From: Callorhinchus milii
Lineage: Eukaryota
DNA length: 64,000 nucleotides
Assembly: GCF_018977255.1 (NCBI RefSeq)
Contig: NW_024704743.1
Coordinates: forward strand, 95,668,001-95,732,000
Reading direction: 5' to 3'
The notes beneath the pieces are model-generated. The model was given only the letters and a program-made list of their open reading frames with translations. It had not been told where the DNA came from and searched no databases. Below are positions 26,201 to 36,354 of this stretch, piece after piece. Made by a program: the position numbers and the translations under genes. Position 1 is the stretch's first letter; each line of letters begins with the position of its first letter.

Positions 26201-29200
26201 CCAGGCTCCACATCACTGAATGGATCGACTTCAAGATTCTCATACTCGTGTTCAAATCCATTCACTCCTTGGCACTACCCTACCTCTCCGACCTCCTCAC
26301 TCCCCAATCCACCACCCGGCTCCACTGGCACCGGCCTTCCACTTGTCCCTCGTACCCTCCGCTCCACCATTGAAGATCACGCTTTCAGCCATTACGTCCC
26401 GAAACTGTGGATCACTCTCACTCAATCCCTCCGCTTTGCCCCCTCTCTCCCCTTTTTCAAGTCCCGCCTGAAAACCTTCCTTTTTGACTGCGTTTACGGT
26501 CATTCGCCCGCCCCCCCCCCCCCCACCCCGGCTTGGTCTGGCTGTGCCAATGCTAAGCACTCGGAGACGCTACCCTGGGCTCTACTGAGTTCTTCCCTTG
26601 GGATTTTATTACCCTTTTGTCCTTGGTTGCTTTGAGCTGTTGCTCTAACTCCCCTTAATTTTCAACAGCTCCTTTTTTTCTCCTGTTTTCCATTGACTGC
26701 CGAGCGCTCCACTTTTCATTGGTCCATCAAACACCGCTCCACCATTACCAAATGACACACACAAGCATATTAAAAAGGACATTAAAAGGACTCCTTTCTG
26801 ACCATTTTGCATTGTAGTTATAGACATTTTCATTAACTCAATCAGGCCCTCAAGGTGGGCAAGTGCCATTTGGACTCATCTGCCCTCTGCTTCATTTTGT
26901 GTACAAGCTTTGGCATAATCTATCACAAACCTTTCGCACTGTGTCCATTTCCCTGTTATCTGGGTAAGACTTATTGCTCCTCCTGTCCGTCGGAATTCTG
27001 TCCGTTCTCCTGTGACCCTGTATATATTGTTACAGTGCTCATTTTCTAAAACTGACTGTCTCCCATTCAGTCTCTGTTTCACATGGAGGGATCTCCCTTG
27101 CCTAGCTGATCAACATAATCCCAACCAATATTAGTTCTTTTGTCCTTTTTGCTTCCTAGATAATAGTCAGAATCATAATCCACATTTGTAATCCCAACAG
27201 CCATTTTCATTCCCTTTTTTGTATCTTTTTTCCTGGAGAGTTTGCCAAACCTGTCTAACTCATTCCTGTACACAGTCTTTCTCAGAACACTTTCACCCAT
27301 TTCGGTTATTTCCTCTCTTTAATGTAGTCGTCCTCCTCAGTAGAAAAATTATATTCTTCAAAGGACTTTTACAATTTGTCTTGTTGCTTTCACTGGTAAT
27401 ATTTGTTAAATTGAGTATTTTGGTTAATAACAAGCCCCACGTTGGGTGTCAAATATCACGGAGTTTGGCATTTGATGCTCCAATGATCAGAGTTGGAGCC
27501 AATGCTCCAATGATCAGAGTTGGGGCTCCTCGAGTCAGGAGGACAAAACCAATATCCTGGTTATATGAACTAATTTAAATTCACAAGTATATATTTTTAT
27601 GACACTCAACGACAGATTTAAATAAAGTCTGAGTCGTAACACATAAAATGCTGGCACTTTCCCCTTCTAAGGTACTACTCTTTATTATAACCAAACACAG
27701 CAATCCAACATATCTATAACAACTCTCAAAACAATACTTCATTAGTAAAACCTAAAATGTCTAGCCTGATACCTACATTGTAGCAATTGCATCCAGACTG
27801 CTTGTTAACTGCTGCAAGCAACCTGGAATCCCACAGAACCCATTTAAAAGGGCAGACCTCCCCTGGTCATGACTTTACCACCGTGGCACCTCCCTAGCTC
27901 TCCAACATGCTTACACCCCACTAACCACCTCCTCAGCTCAGCTGGCTCTGGCCTCCCTCATATCCCTCAGCTTCACCATCAGCAGCTGTGCTTTCAGTCA
28001 CTACACCACAAAAGTATGGAAATCTCTGCCTCAATTCCTTCACCTTGCCCTCCCTAGAGTTAGGTGTAAGCACGTTGGGAGAGGTAGGGAGATGCCAGAG
28101 CATGAAATGATTTGTACACAAGTATGAGGATCTTGTAATCTATATGTAAACTTAAAAGTTTTTAACAAAAACTTGGAACAGAAAGTCTCTCACTGACCAT
28201 TCTATAGTTAAATCAATGTTTTGGCAGATTTTAACAGGTCATTAAGTCTGTTTTGAGCATGCAGCAATCAGTACCACTTTGTTTAGGAATAGAGTTTGCA
28301 TTTTGCAATTCCACAAATACCCTGGGCTCAATAATAGCACTCTTGCCTCCAAATCAGAAGATTGTGGGTTCAAGCCCACATTGGAACTTTTAACTCTCTG
28401 AGATGACGCCCATGACACTCAATTCATCTGCATTGCTATCCTTCAGGTGAGATGTTAAACCAAGCTACCGCCTGCCTGTTTAGGCAGATGGTAATCCTCC
28501 AAAAGAGAAGTTTTTCCTGGTGATAATCCCACAAATAATATTGGCCATTCACTTCATGCCCATTTGTGGGATATTGCTGTGCACAAATTGGCTGTTGTGT
28601 ACCTATAAATAGTCACAACACACTGCAGTAAAATCATTTGAAGTGCTCTAAGACTTGGACGACCTGATAAAGCAATATATCAAATGACCCGATTATGTCT
28701 AAATCCACATTTCTGTGTAGATCAATCTAATTCAACTCTTGATGTTTAACATTTTATCACCTCACACACTCCTGCTCACTCCCCCCCCCTATCCCCCCAT
28801 GGCTGTCAGGCCAGGCCAGGCCAGGCCAGGCCAGGCTGTGTGTGTGTGTGTGTGTGTGCTCGGCTCGGGCTGTACTTGCCTGCCCCTACCTCCTTCACTG
28901 CGGGCTGTCTCCTCACTCGCCGCAGCCGCCAGGATGGCACGATTGTTCACATGTAACAATGGTATCATTCTGACCAGTGCGAGTCCCAACCGGAATATGC
29001 GAGTCCCAACCGGAATATTTTCAGACACAATTTACACCAAATCAAATAGATTCAAAACCCGGCCCCGGGAGGGCCGCTTTCCCTCCCCAGGACCGGGTCA
29101 TGGGTGGCCTTTTACAAAACCAGAAACGGATGGGTGGAGGAGGGCTTCGAAAGAGCGAATAATAAATAAAGCACATTAACGCCGCCCCACATGTGATGGA

Positions 29201-30646
29201 TTGTTCCGGCTCCAGTAAACCCGAAATGCTTTTGTCTCTGCTTTAAAAAGTCGTTTTATGTTTACATCTCAAAACTGCACACGTTTCAAGATGTCACGTT
29301 TTCCTTCGCTGGGGCGGGCGGTGGCGGTGGTGGTGGTGGTAGGGAGGGGGGGGGGGGGGAAGGCCGGTGAGAAAATGTTTCGAACAAAATGTTTTGAACA
29401 TATTATGACAGAAAGTTAAAATATCGGGAGCTCTCAATGGAACTGAGAGGGTTGGGAGTGGAAATTGAGGGTGTTTTGTTTCCCCTTTCCCAAACTGCAG
29501 GCCCGGAAAGGCTGATGTCGCACAAAACAAATGAAGGCAACGAGCAGGAAAAACAAAACGCTGGACTGAGAGGTTCAGTTCCCCTCCATCGCGGGTTACT
29601 CAAGTCGGTTGGGATCTCCCGGAGGCGCGATAGCGGGGTTTAAGTTTAGATACTGACAGCGCGGTGAGTCAGTCTCCAAACCAGACGCCAGTGTCTCGGG
29701 TCAGCATAACCTGGGAGCAGAGGTTCAACCACTCAGGTTCGCGGAACAGGTGCGGTGCTCGCCTGTCCTGTCCGCCACTGCCACATGGGCGGCCGGCGGC
29801 CATCATTGCGACGCTGGGGTTTCGTTTGCGCGGGGCTGTCGGTGACTGTAGGAACCAGGTATCGGCTCTTACACGGGACTCGGTAAGAGAGAGGGGGGAA
29901 ACCCTCGCGTTTTATTCTATTTTAAATACAAGAAATGAAGGAAATGATCTTAAATGCGCAGTTAAACGACAGGTATCTACGTAACACGCCCCCCCCCACC
30001 CACCCGCCCCACTTCCCGTCAAACCCAATTCGTCTCAACGGTCAAGACCACCGCGAACCTCTGAGTATTTCTGACACTCGCGTTTCTTTTATTTTCTATA
30101 CTGATTTCAAAAAGGTTCAAAAATTCTAAATCCGTTATTCTCAACCGTCGCCCACAACACGGTCAATGGAATCCCCAACGCTGTCTTATTGTGACGTACG
30201 ATGACTGACAGGTGCCCCGGCCATACGGACGGCCGGGTCACTGCCCGCTTCGCCAATCAGCGCGACAAGGGGGCGGGGGTTCCGCCGTCGAGCGCCGCGG
30301 AGGAAGCCGGGATTTCCGGACTCTCCTTCAAACAGAGTGAAGGCCGAGAGTGAGGGCGGGGATGGTTCTTTACTGTTGTGTCTCTCAAACACCGACATCT
30401 TAACCTTACACACAAGCCGATTATAACATGTAAAACCGTGCAATTCAACTCCAAACAAATGTCACCTTCCTCTTACACCCATACGCACACTCATTAAGCG
30501 GCATTTCTATCTGTCGGGCAAAAAAAATCCTCACCCCCCCCCCTCCCACCCCCGGTGATATACAAAAAAAAACAAGCGGAAGTGTAACTTACGTGAAATA
30601 ACGGCCCAAAAGATTTGGTAAAACGTCTTTTCTTTTTAGGCGGAAT
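23191..30646 (-). CDS. AZIN1 upstream conserved coding region (uCC): AUU-initiated, spliced, 53-aa regulatory uORF, join(30646-30593, 23298-23191): IPPKKKRRFTKSFGPLFH|GRISVWVYNSYPEGLGVTLYREQFDFNAEPPWDPS*
   Basis: GAAA-ATT-CCG start; phase-0 join keeps the frame; matches the known vertebrate AZIN1 uCC pattern (IPPKK.R.F...YPEGLG..LYREQFDFNAEPPW.PS*). Confidence 0.93.
24500..27882 (-). mobile_element. Decayed LTR retroelement in AZIN1 intron 1 (5' LTR 27511-27882, 3' LTR 24500-24942); family not identified
   Basis: Two diverged direct repeats of about 370-440 bp; minus-strand 3' LTR runs TGTGG...GATCA; purine tract AAGAGGGGAAA before the 3' LTR; TTGGAGCA PBS-like start after the 5' LTR; AATAAA in both LTRs. 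Confidence 0.75.
25570..26580 (+). mobile_element. L2 LINE fragment inserted inside the LTR element
   Basis: GVPQGS and YVDD remnants, AETFV..FVTS, IQNSA, L2 3' region. Confidence 0.85.
28325..28690 (+). mobile_element. Older, longer DeuSINE-like element (SacSINE1-like); relatives near 13950-14270(-), 57700-57905(-), 59640-59960(-), 61340-61710(+)
   Basis: tRNA-like head (gcactcttgcctc...tgtgggttcaagccc), cttcag.tgagatgttaaacc motif, Deu-like tttgtgggat.ttgctgtgc.caaattggctg; family name recalled, not searched. Confidence 0.6.
28807..28858 (+). repeat. Compound microsatellite (CAGGC)6 + (TG)11
   Basis: Read directly. Confidence 0.9.
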
Positions 30647-30770
30647 TTTCAAAAAGTAACGGGGGAGCCCAAAGGAGAAAGAAGACGAACGCTTTTTGCC
30701 ATAAAAGCTCGACGGCGGCCTGGAGCTGACGCTGTGTTCTCCGCGATCAGTAGCCAGTGGATGAAAAGAG
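30593..30770 (-). other. AZIN1: AZIN1 exon 1 (5' leader); TSS inferred near 30770
   Basis: Donor CAC|gtaagt at 30593/30592; contains the AUU CCG start of the uCC; lies about 29 nt downstream of TATAAAA. The 5' boundary is inferred. Confidence 0.85.
30649..30702 (-). CDS. Short AUG uORF in AZIN1 exon 1 (MAKSVRLLSPLGSPVTF*), 17 aa
   Basis: ATG at 30702-30700 (context TTTT-ATG-G), TGA at 30651-30649; the only AUG found in the reconstructed spliced leader. Translation is not shown. Confidence 0.55.
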   Translation of the reverse strand: MAKSVRLLSPLGSPVTF

Positions 30771-30792
30771 CAGCCGCCCGCCCATCGCCTCC

Positions 30793-30799
30793 TTTTATA
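30793..30799 (-). promoter_or_regulatory. TATA box of AZIN1
   Basis: GGTATAAAAGG on the minus strand within a CpG island, about 29 nt upstream of CTCTTTTC; GC box GGGCGG at 30906-30901. Confidence 0.75.
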
Positions 30800-31329
30800 C
30801 CCTCGGCCAGGCACCCGGATGCTGACGCGACGTCTCCACGCCGAGGTCCTGGTGACAACAACAAGCGGCAGCGGCGGTTCAGACACGGGCTCACACCACA
30901 CCGCCCGCGCCTCACCTCACCCTCACCCCAGTCAACCCGCGGACATGTCGCTTACCACGTTTGCGGTCGTTAACGCGCCTCCCGCCGCATCGGCCGCCCG
31001 ACTCCAAGGTGACGCGCGGTCGCGGCGCCCGGGTCTGAGGGGCGAATATTTTTTTGGGGAGGAAAAAAAGTGCAAATAACCCGCGAGTGTTCAGGTGAAG
31101 AGGCGTTAGCGGTGATCACAGGAGTAACGGTGAGCGAGTTGGCCGTCTGTTTTTGTCTTGGGAGGAAGGCGGTGTGTTTTGAAGGCTACTTCCTCCCACT
31201 CGCTCACTCACTCGCTCACTCACTCGCTCAAGACAGGAATAGGGTAAACAACAACCAAATGACATTTGTGTTAAGGCCTTTCCCGCGGGAGGACCTCCCA
31301 AGGCGCCGGACAGTCAGTGTTTCGGACGG

Positions 31330-31875
31330 GAGCCGCGGCTCGAGGATGCGGGAGGGCAGTGGGGGAAGGAGGGTGATCGAAGGCACGGTCCAAGTGGAGG
31401 GTCTCGAAGGAGGGTCTTGAAGGAGGCGAGGGAAGAGTTGGAGGGAATGTGGGATGGAGTTCCAGAGGGTGGGGGGGGGCAGAGTGGCTGAAGACTCACC
31501 AGCCAACGGTGAGGTGGGCGAGACGGGCTGTGAAGCCGGCCAGAGCCCGCTGAGCGGTTGGTAGGCAGCGGACAGGTTGGTAGGCGGCGGACAGGTTGGT
31601 AGGCAGCGGACAGGTTGGTAGGCAGTTAGGAGGTGGCTGAGGTAGGGGGGGAGCACGGCCGTGGAGGACTTTGAAGCTGAGGACCAGGATCTTGAACTGT
31701 ATCCTCGTGTGTGATGGGAAGCCAGTGGAGTCGGGCGAGGATGGGGGTGATAGGGTCACGGAGCCTAATGCAGGAGAAGACGTGGGCTGCAGAGTTCTGG
31801 ATGATCTGCAGCCTATGTAGGAAGGGGTTGGGGAGGTCGATGAGCAGGGAATTTGCATAGTCAAGCCTCGATGTT
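31330..31875 (-). mobile_element. L2 LINE 3' fragment with an internal 19-bp tandem repeat (31556-31625)
   Basis: [11 protein letters not shown]...IQNSAA...LARLHWLP; (GGTTGGTAGGCAGCGGACA) about 3.6 copies. Confidence 0.85.
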
Positions 31876-31881
31876 TTGTAT

Positions 31882-32188
31882 GATAATAATCCTTCCATTT
31901 GATATAACGCTTCTCACGTCTTCTAGACGCCTCAAAGCGCTTCACAGAATATACTGTAAAGTGAATTGGTTGTACATTTGTGGGCAAAACGCGGCAACCA
32001 ATTGCGCATGGCAGTGTCACACAAACAGTCATGGATTGAAGTGACCAATTGATTATTTTTTTTTCTTGGGGGATTATTATCAGACGTGTGGAGGAAGGAA
32101 ACTTGCCCAAGGTTTTGCTCTGCCAGGAATCAAACCCAATCTCTCACTTGCAAAGCGAGTGCTCTAACCACTGAACTACAGGACTCCT
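31882..32188 (-). mobile_element. Same SINE family, full length
   Basis: Head, core and tail motifs. Confidence 0.9.
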
Positions 32189-32687
32189 ACAGAAATGCAT
32201 GCGAGAGGGTAAAATGTTAAATACTATGAGATTATAACCTATATTGATAAATCCAGCATTACACTTAACATTAAAAAAAAGCTACCGTTTTATTATAGAG
32301 GCAAAGAATTGTCAACGATTCACATACACACGCAATTTATTTTTTGCAGTATATATTTGCAAATAAATGACCTCTGTTTATTTTACAATCTTTCATACAT
32401 TACAAGACCAGCGGCAACCAGTTGACCACAGGCCAATGTAGTCCCTCCAATGTTTGTTGCCGTCGCCCACTGGAGTGCAGACAGTGATGCATGATTAACT
32501 TTCTTGTTTCGCTTTATGTGATTAAACAATTTTGCTGTTGAAACTCGAACTGATTGCCACAAAATGGTAAAGCTGTTGTCAAGAGTTTAAAATAACTTCT
32601 CAAGATTTGACACTTTTTAAACTTCGGTTTTAGAGAGAAACAAAACCTTACACATCTTTGCTATCTTCTGCTCGTGGGATTCAAATA

Positions 32688-34745
32688 ACAACAACTTGGA
32701 TTTATATAGTGCCCTCCACGCTGGATGGCGTCTCAGACCACTTCACAATAATGGATCCCGGGGCCGAGCCAGAGAGGTAGGGGCGTGCAGAGGAGTGGAG
32801 GGATTTGAAAACGAGTGAGTATCTTGAAATCAATCCTCTCTGGGACAGGAAGCCAATGCAGTCTGGCAAGGACTGGGGTAATCGGGGAGCGGGGTTTGGT
32901 ACGGGTAAGAATGTGGGTGCAGAATTTTGGATGACTTGGATTTTATGGATGGTAGTGGAGGGGAGACCGGCGAGGAGGGCATTTGAATAGTCCAGCTGAG
33001 AGGTGACAAAGGCATGGACCAGGGTTTCAGCGGCTTTTGGGGTGAGATATTGGCGGAGACAAGCGATACGTCGGAAGTGGAAGAAAGCAGTGCTGGTGAG
33101 GGACTGGAGTGAGTGAGGAAGGATAATTGGGGGTCGAACCTGACACCTAGGTTGCGTACGAGTTCGGAGAGTTTTAGGTGCAGGTTAGGTAAGTGGAGGA
33201 GGTGAGAATCGTGCAATTTAAGACTTTGATGAGAGCCAAAGAGTATAGCTTCCATCTTGTTAACATTTAGCTGAAGGAAATTCGTGCTCATCCAGCTCCT
33301 GATGTCTGACAGGCAGGATGACAGAACATCAGGGGGACTGGGGGTTGCAAAGTGAGGTGGAAAAATAGAGTTGGGTGTTGTCCACATACATGTGGAAGTG
33401 TACCCCATGTCTGCAGATGACATCCCCAAGAGGGAGCATATAGATAAGGAAGAGGAGGGGGCCAAGGATGGATCCTTGGGGTACCTCGCAGGTGACCGGG
33501 TGAGAGCGGGAGGAGACGCTGTTTGTGCAGATGTACTGCTGGCGGTTTGTGAGGTAGGACTCGAACCAGGCGAGTGCGGTCCCACTGAGGTGGAGGAGGA
33601 TGGTGTGATCGACGATGCCGATAGCGGAGGAGAGGTCAAGGAGGCAGAGGGAGCCCTGGTCACAGATAGAGAGGATGTCGGTTGAGACTTTCACGGGCTC
33701 TACTGAGGGCAGGGCGGAAACTGGCCTGGAGGGGTTCGAAGAGGGAGTGGGAGGAGAGGTGTTCGCGGAATTGATTGGCAACAATGCGTTCTAGGACTTT
33801 GGCAAGGAACGACAAGTTTGAAATTAGTGACTAAGGTTTGAGGGATCTAGGGAAGGTTTTTTTCAGGAGGGGCGGTGATGACAGCAATTTTGAGGGAGGC
33901 AGGGACTGATCCGGAGGAGAGGGACTGGTTGATGACGTCAGCCAGTAGTGGGCAGAGGAGGGGGTGAGGGGGTGAGCAGCAAGTTGGTGGGGAGGGGGTC
34001 GAGGCAGTAGGGGTGGGTTTCATCGAAGTGATGGTGGGTGAGAGGGAGGAAGGAGAGATGGGGAGGAAGGAATGTAGAATGGGGTTCGTGGTAGAAGCTG
34101 ATGATGGGGCGGGTGAGGGGGACAGAGAGGGGGTGGTGGTGGGTGACAAGAGGCAGGAGGATGAGGCTGCCTGGCGGATGTTATTTATTTTAGTTGAAAA
34201 GAAGTCCATGACCTCCTCACACTTGGCATTTGATGTGAAGATTGAGGAGGTCTGAGGGGGCGCACAGAGGAGGTAGTGGGTGGTGGAAAAAAGGACTTTA
34301 GGGTTGTTTTTTGCCTCCAAGATGATGTTGGAGTAGAAGGCCATTTTCGCACGTGTCAAAGAACGGCGGTAGCTTTGGAGATGCTCGAGCCACAGTTGGT
34401 GATGAACTGTCAGGCCAGTTTTCTGCCAACTGTGCTCGAGCAGCCGGGTTTGGGTTTTTAGGCAGCGGTGATGGTTGTTATACCAGGGGGATCGGGTGGG
34501 TTTGGAGATGGTCCTGGATTTCAGGGGGACGAGAGAGTTGAAGGTGGAGGAGAGGCGATCATGGAGCAGCTGGACGGCTGCTTCAGGATCTCTGCGGATG
34601 GAAGGCCAGAGGGATAGGATATCAGAGGATGTTAGGGCCTTTGTGAGGGTCTCAAGGGGTAGCCTTTTCCATGGAGTATGGTTGAGGGCTTGGTGGAGGA
34701 GAGAGGCATGTGAGAGGAGAACGAGATGAGGAAGTGATCTGAGAT
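32688..34745 (-). mobile_element. L2 LINE, same subfamily as 5598-8040, with internal deletions
   Basis: [28 protein letters not shown], and the same gacgcc.tccagcgtggagggcactatataaatccaag tail. Confidence 0.9.
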
Positions 34746-36354
34746 CGAAATGCTGATTTCCTGGCATTTTTGAAACGTTGCTCTGGCTAACCGGGATTTA
34801 AGAACATGATTTTTTAGCTGGTTAAGCTCCAGCAGTACACCAAACCAACGCGCATTTTGGGGAACCCAAGCCTCGTCTCTTGCCAACCTGCACCTCTTAC
34901 TATCTAGAATTAGATAAGCGGGGTACGAATCACCAAGGAGAGCGTTCACATTCTATTCCAGACACTGATTTTCTATGTGTAGGTTTGCATACATGTGTAT
35001 AACTCTTAGTGTTTGGATACTCAACCAAGTTTTCATACAATTGATTGATCAATCCATTAGCGATTTTGAATCATAGAATATCCAAAGGTCATGTTGTTAC
35101 TGTGACACTCCCTCTACCACCAAGAGCTATGTAGCACCTGGAGCAAAGATAACATTGTGGTTAATGACTTTTTTCTTTCCTCCCACCCTTTTGCTAAATT
35201 CCCATTCTAAGTTGAATCATTGTGGAAGATACCAATGAAAATATGGGTGCTTCTTTAAAGAGGACAAACCATCACATAGGTGTTTGAGCACCACATCACC
35301 ATGTAATTAACTATGGACTCATCTGAAAGGGTCTGGAAAGAGATTATTTGTTCAATACTGACTCAAAATAAATGTTTTGTCTTGAGGCAGAATATGTGTC
35401 TATTAAAAAAGAGGGATAATTGAAAAGAACAGTAATTAATTTATGTTACGTGTTTAGTGCTTACTTGAACTTTCTTTTAGCTGCTGTCAACTTAGGAACA
35501 GTAGCTCATTGTTAAGAGCTCCAACTTAGGGAAGGGAAATTGATGCACGATTATGAATCCTAATTGCTATCTGTTGACACTGACTGATGGGTGTGTGCAG
35601 GTAATTGTTGGCTGAGGACAGCATCAGGCTCGATTGTGATAACTTCCATGGTAGCATAGTTGTGTTGGCTCACTGTCAGTGCTCACATATGACTAATGTT
35701 TTTGGATACGGGGATGACGACAACTGTTTGTGGAACTATACTTCCAATCAACACTTTCAGGAGAGCAAGGAGGACGGAGGGGGAATGAGGGGAGACAATT
35801 AGTGTCTGTGAAAAAAGGATCCAAAATTGGATAAATCCTTCCTATAAAGTTTCCAGGATGTTTAAATATTTGCGATTTGTACTGTTTTTTTGTCAACCTT
35901 GTGTCTGACACGTGTGGAAACCCATCATCGTGCTTAAGAGTATCCAAACTAAGAATTCCCTGTATCCTATCTACACATGGAAATTCCAGAGATAGGTTGT
36001 TGGAACGGAATGCGCACTCTCTCCCTGGAGGGACTCATCCTGCTTACCTAATTACGTAGATACAGAGACATAGAAACAGAAGTAGACTATTCAGCCCCTC
36101 AAGCCTGTTCTGCCATTTTATAAGATCATGGCTGATCTATACTTCAAGTCCAGTTACCTGTCCTATATTCCTCGATACCCTGATCTAACAAATATTTAGC
36201 TATGATAATTCTGGAAAGTATTGAGCACAGGTTGGCAAGAACCAATACTTGGGGACCCCAGAGTGTGAGTTGGGGTAGTGCTGGAGCCTAACCAGCTAAA
36301 ACAACATAGCTTGCCATTGAAAGCACTGTCTGACAAGCTTTCATGCTGCTTTGG

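Larger units (their letters stand above)
29600..31150. promoter_or_regulatory. CpG island over the AZIN1 promoter, exon 1 and start of intron 1
   Basis: Dense CpG and high GC against the AT-rich, CpG-poor background; limits approximate. Confidence 0.8.

Noticed and set aside
26645..27300. Naming the short ORFs inside the LTR element as gag or env
   Set aside because: I could not recognise a zinc knuckle, protease, RT, integrase or env motif.
30494..31420. ORFs of 79-135 aa at the AZIN1 promoter as genes
   Set aside because: CpG-island artefacts; only the AUU segment 30646-30593 and the short AUG uORF have support.
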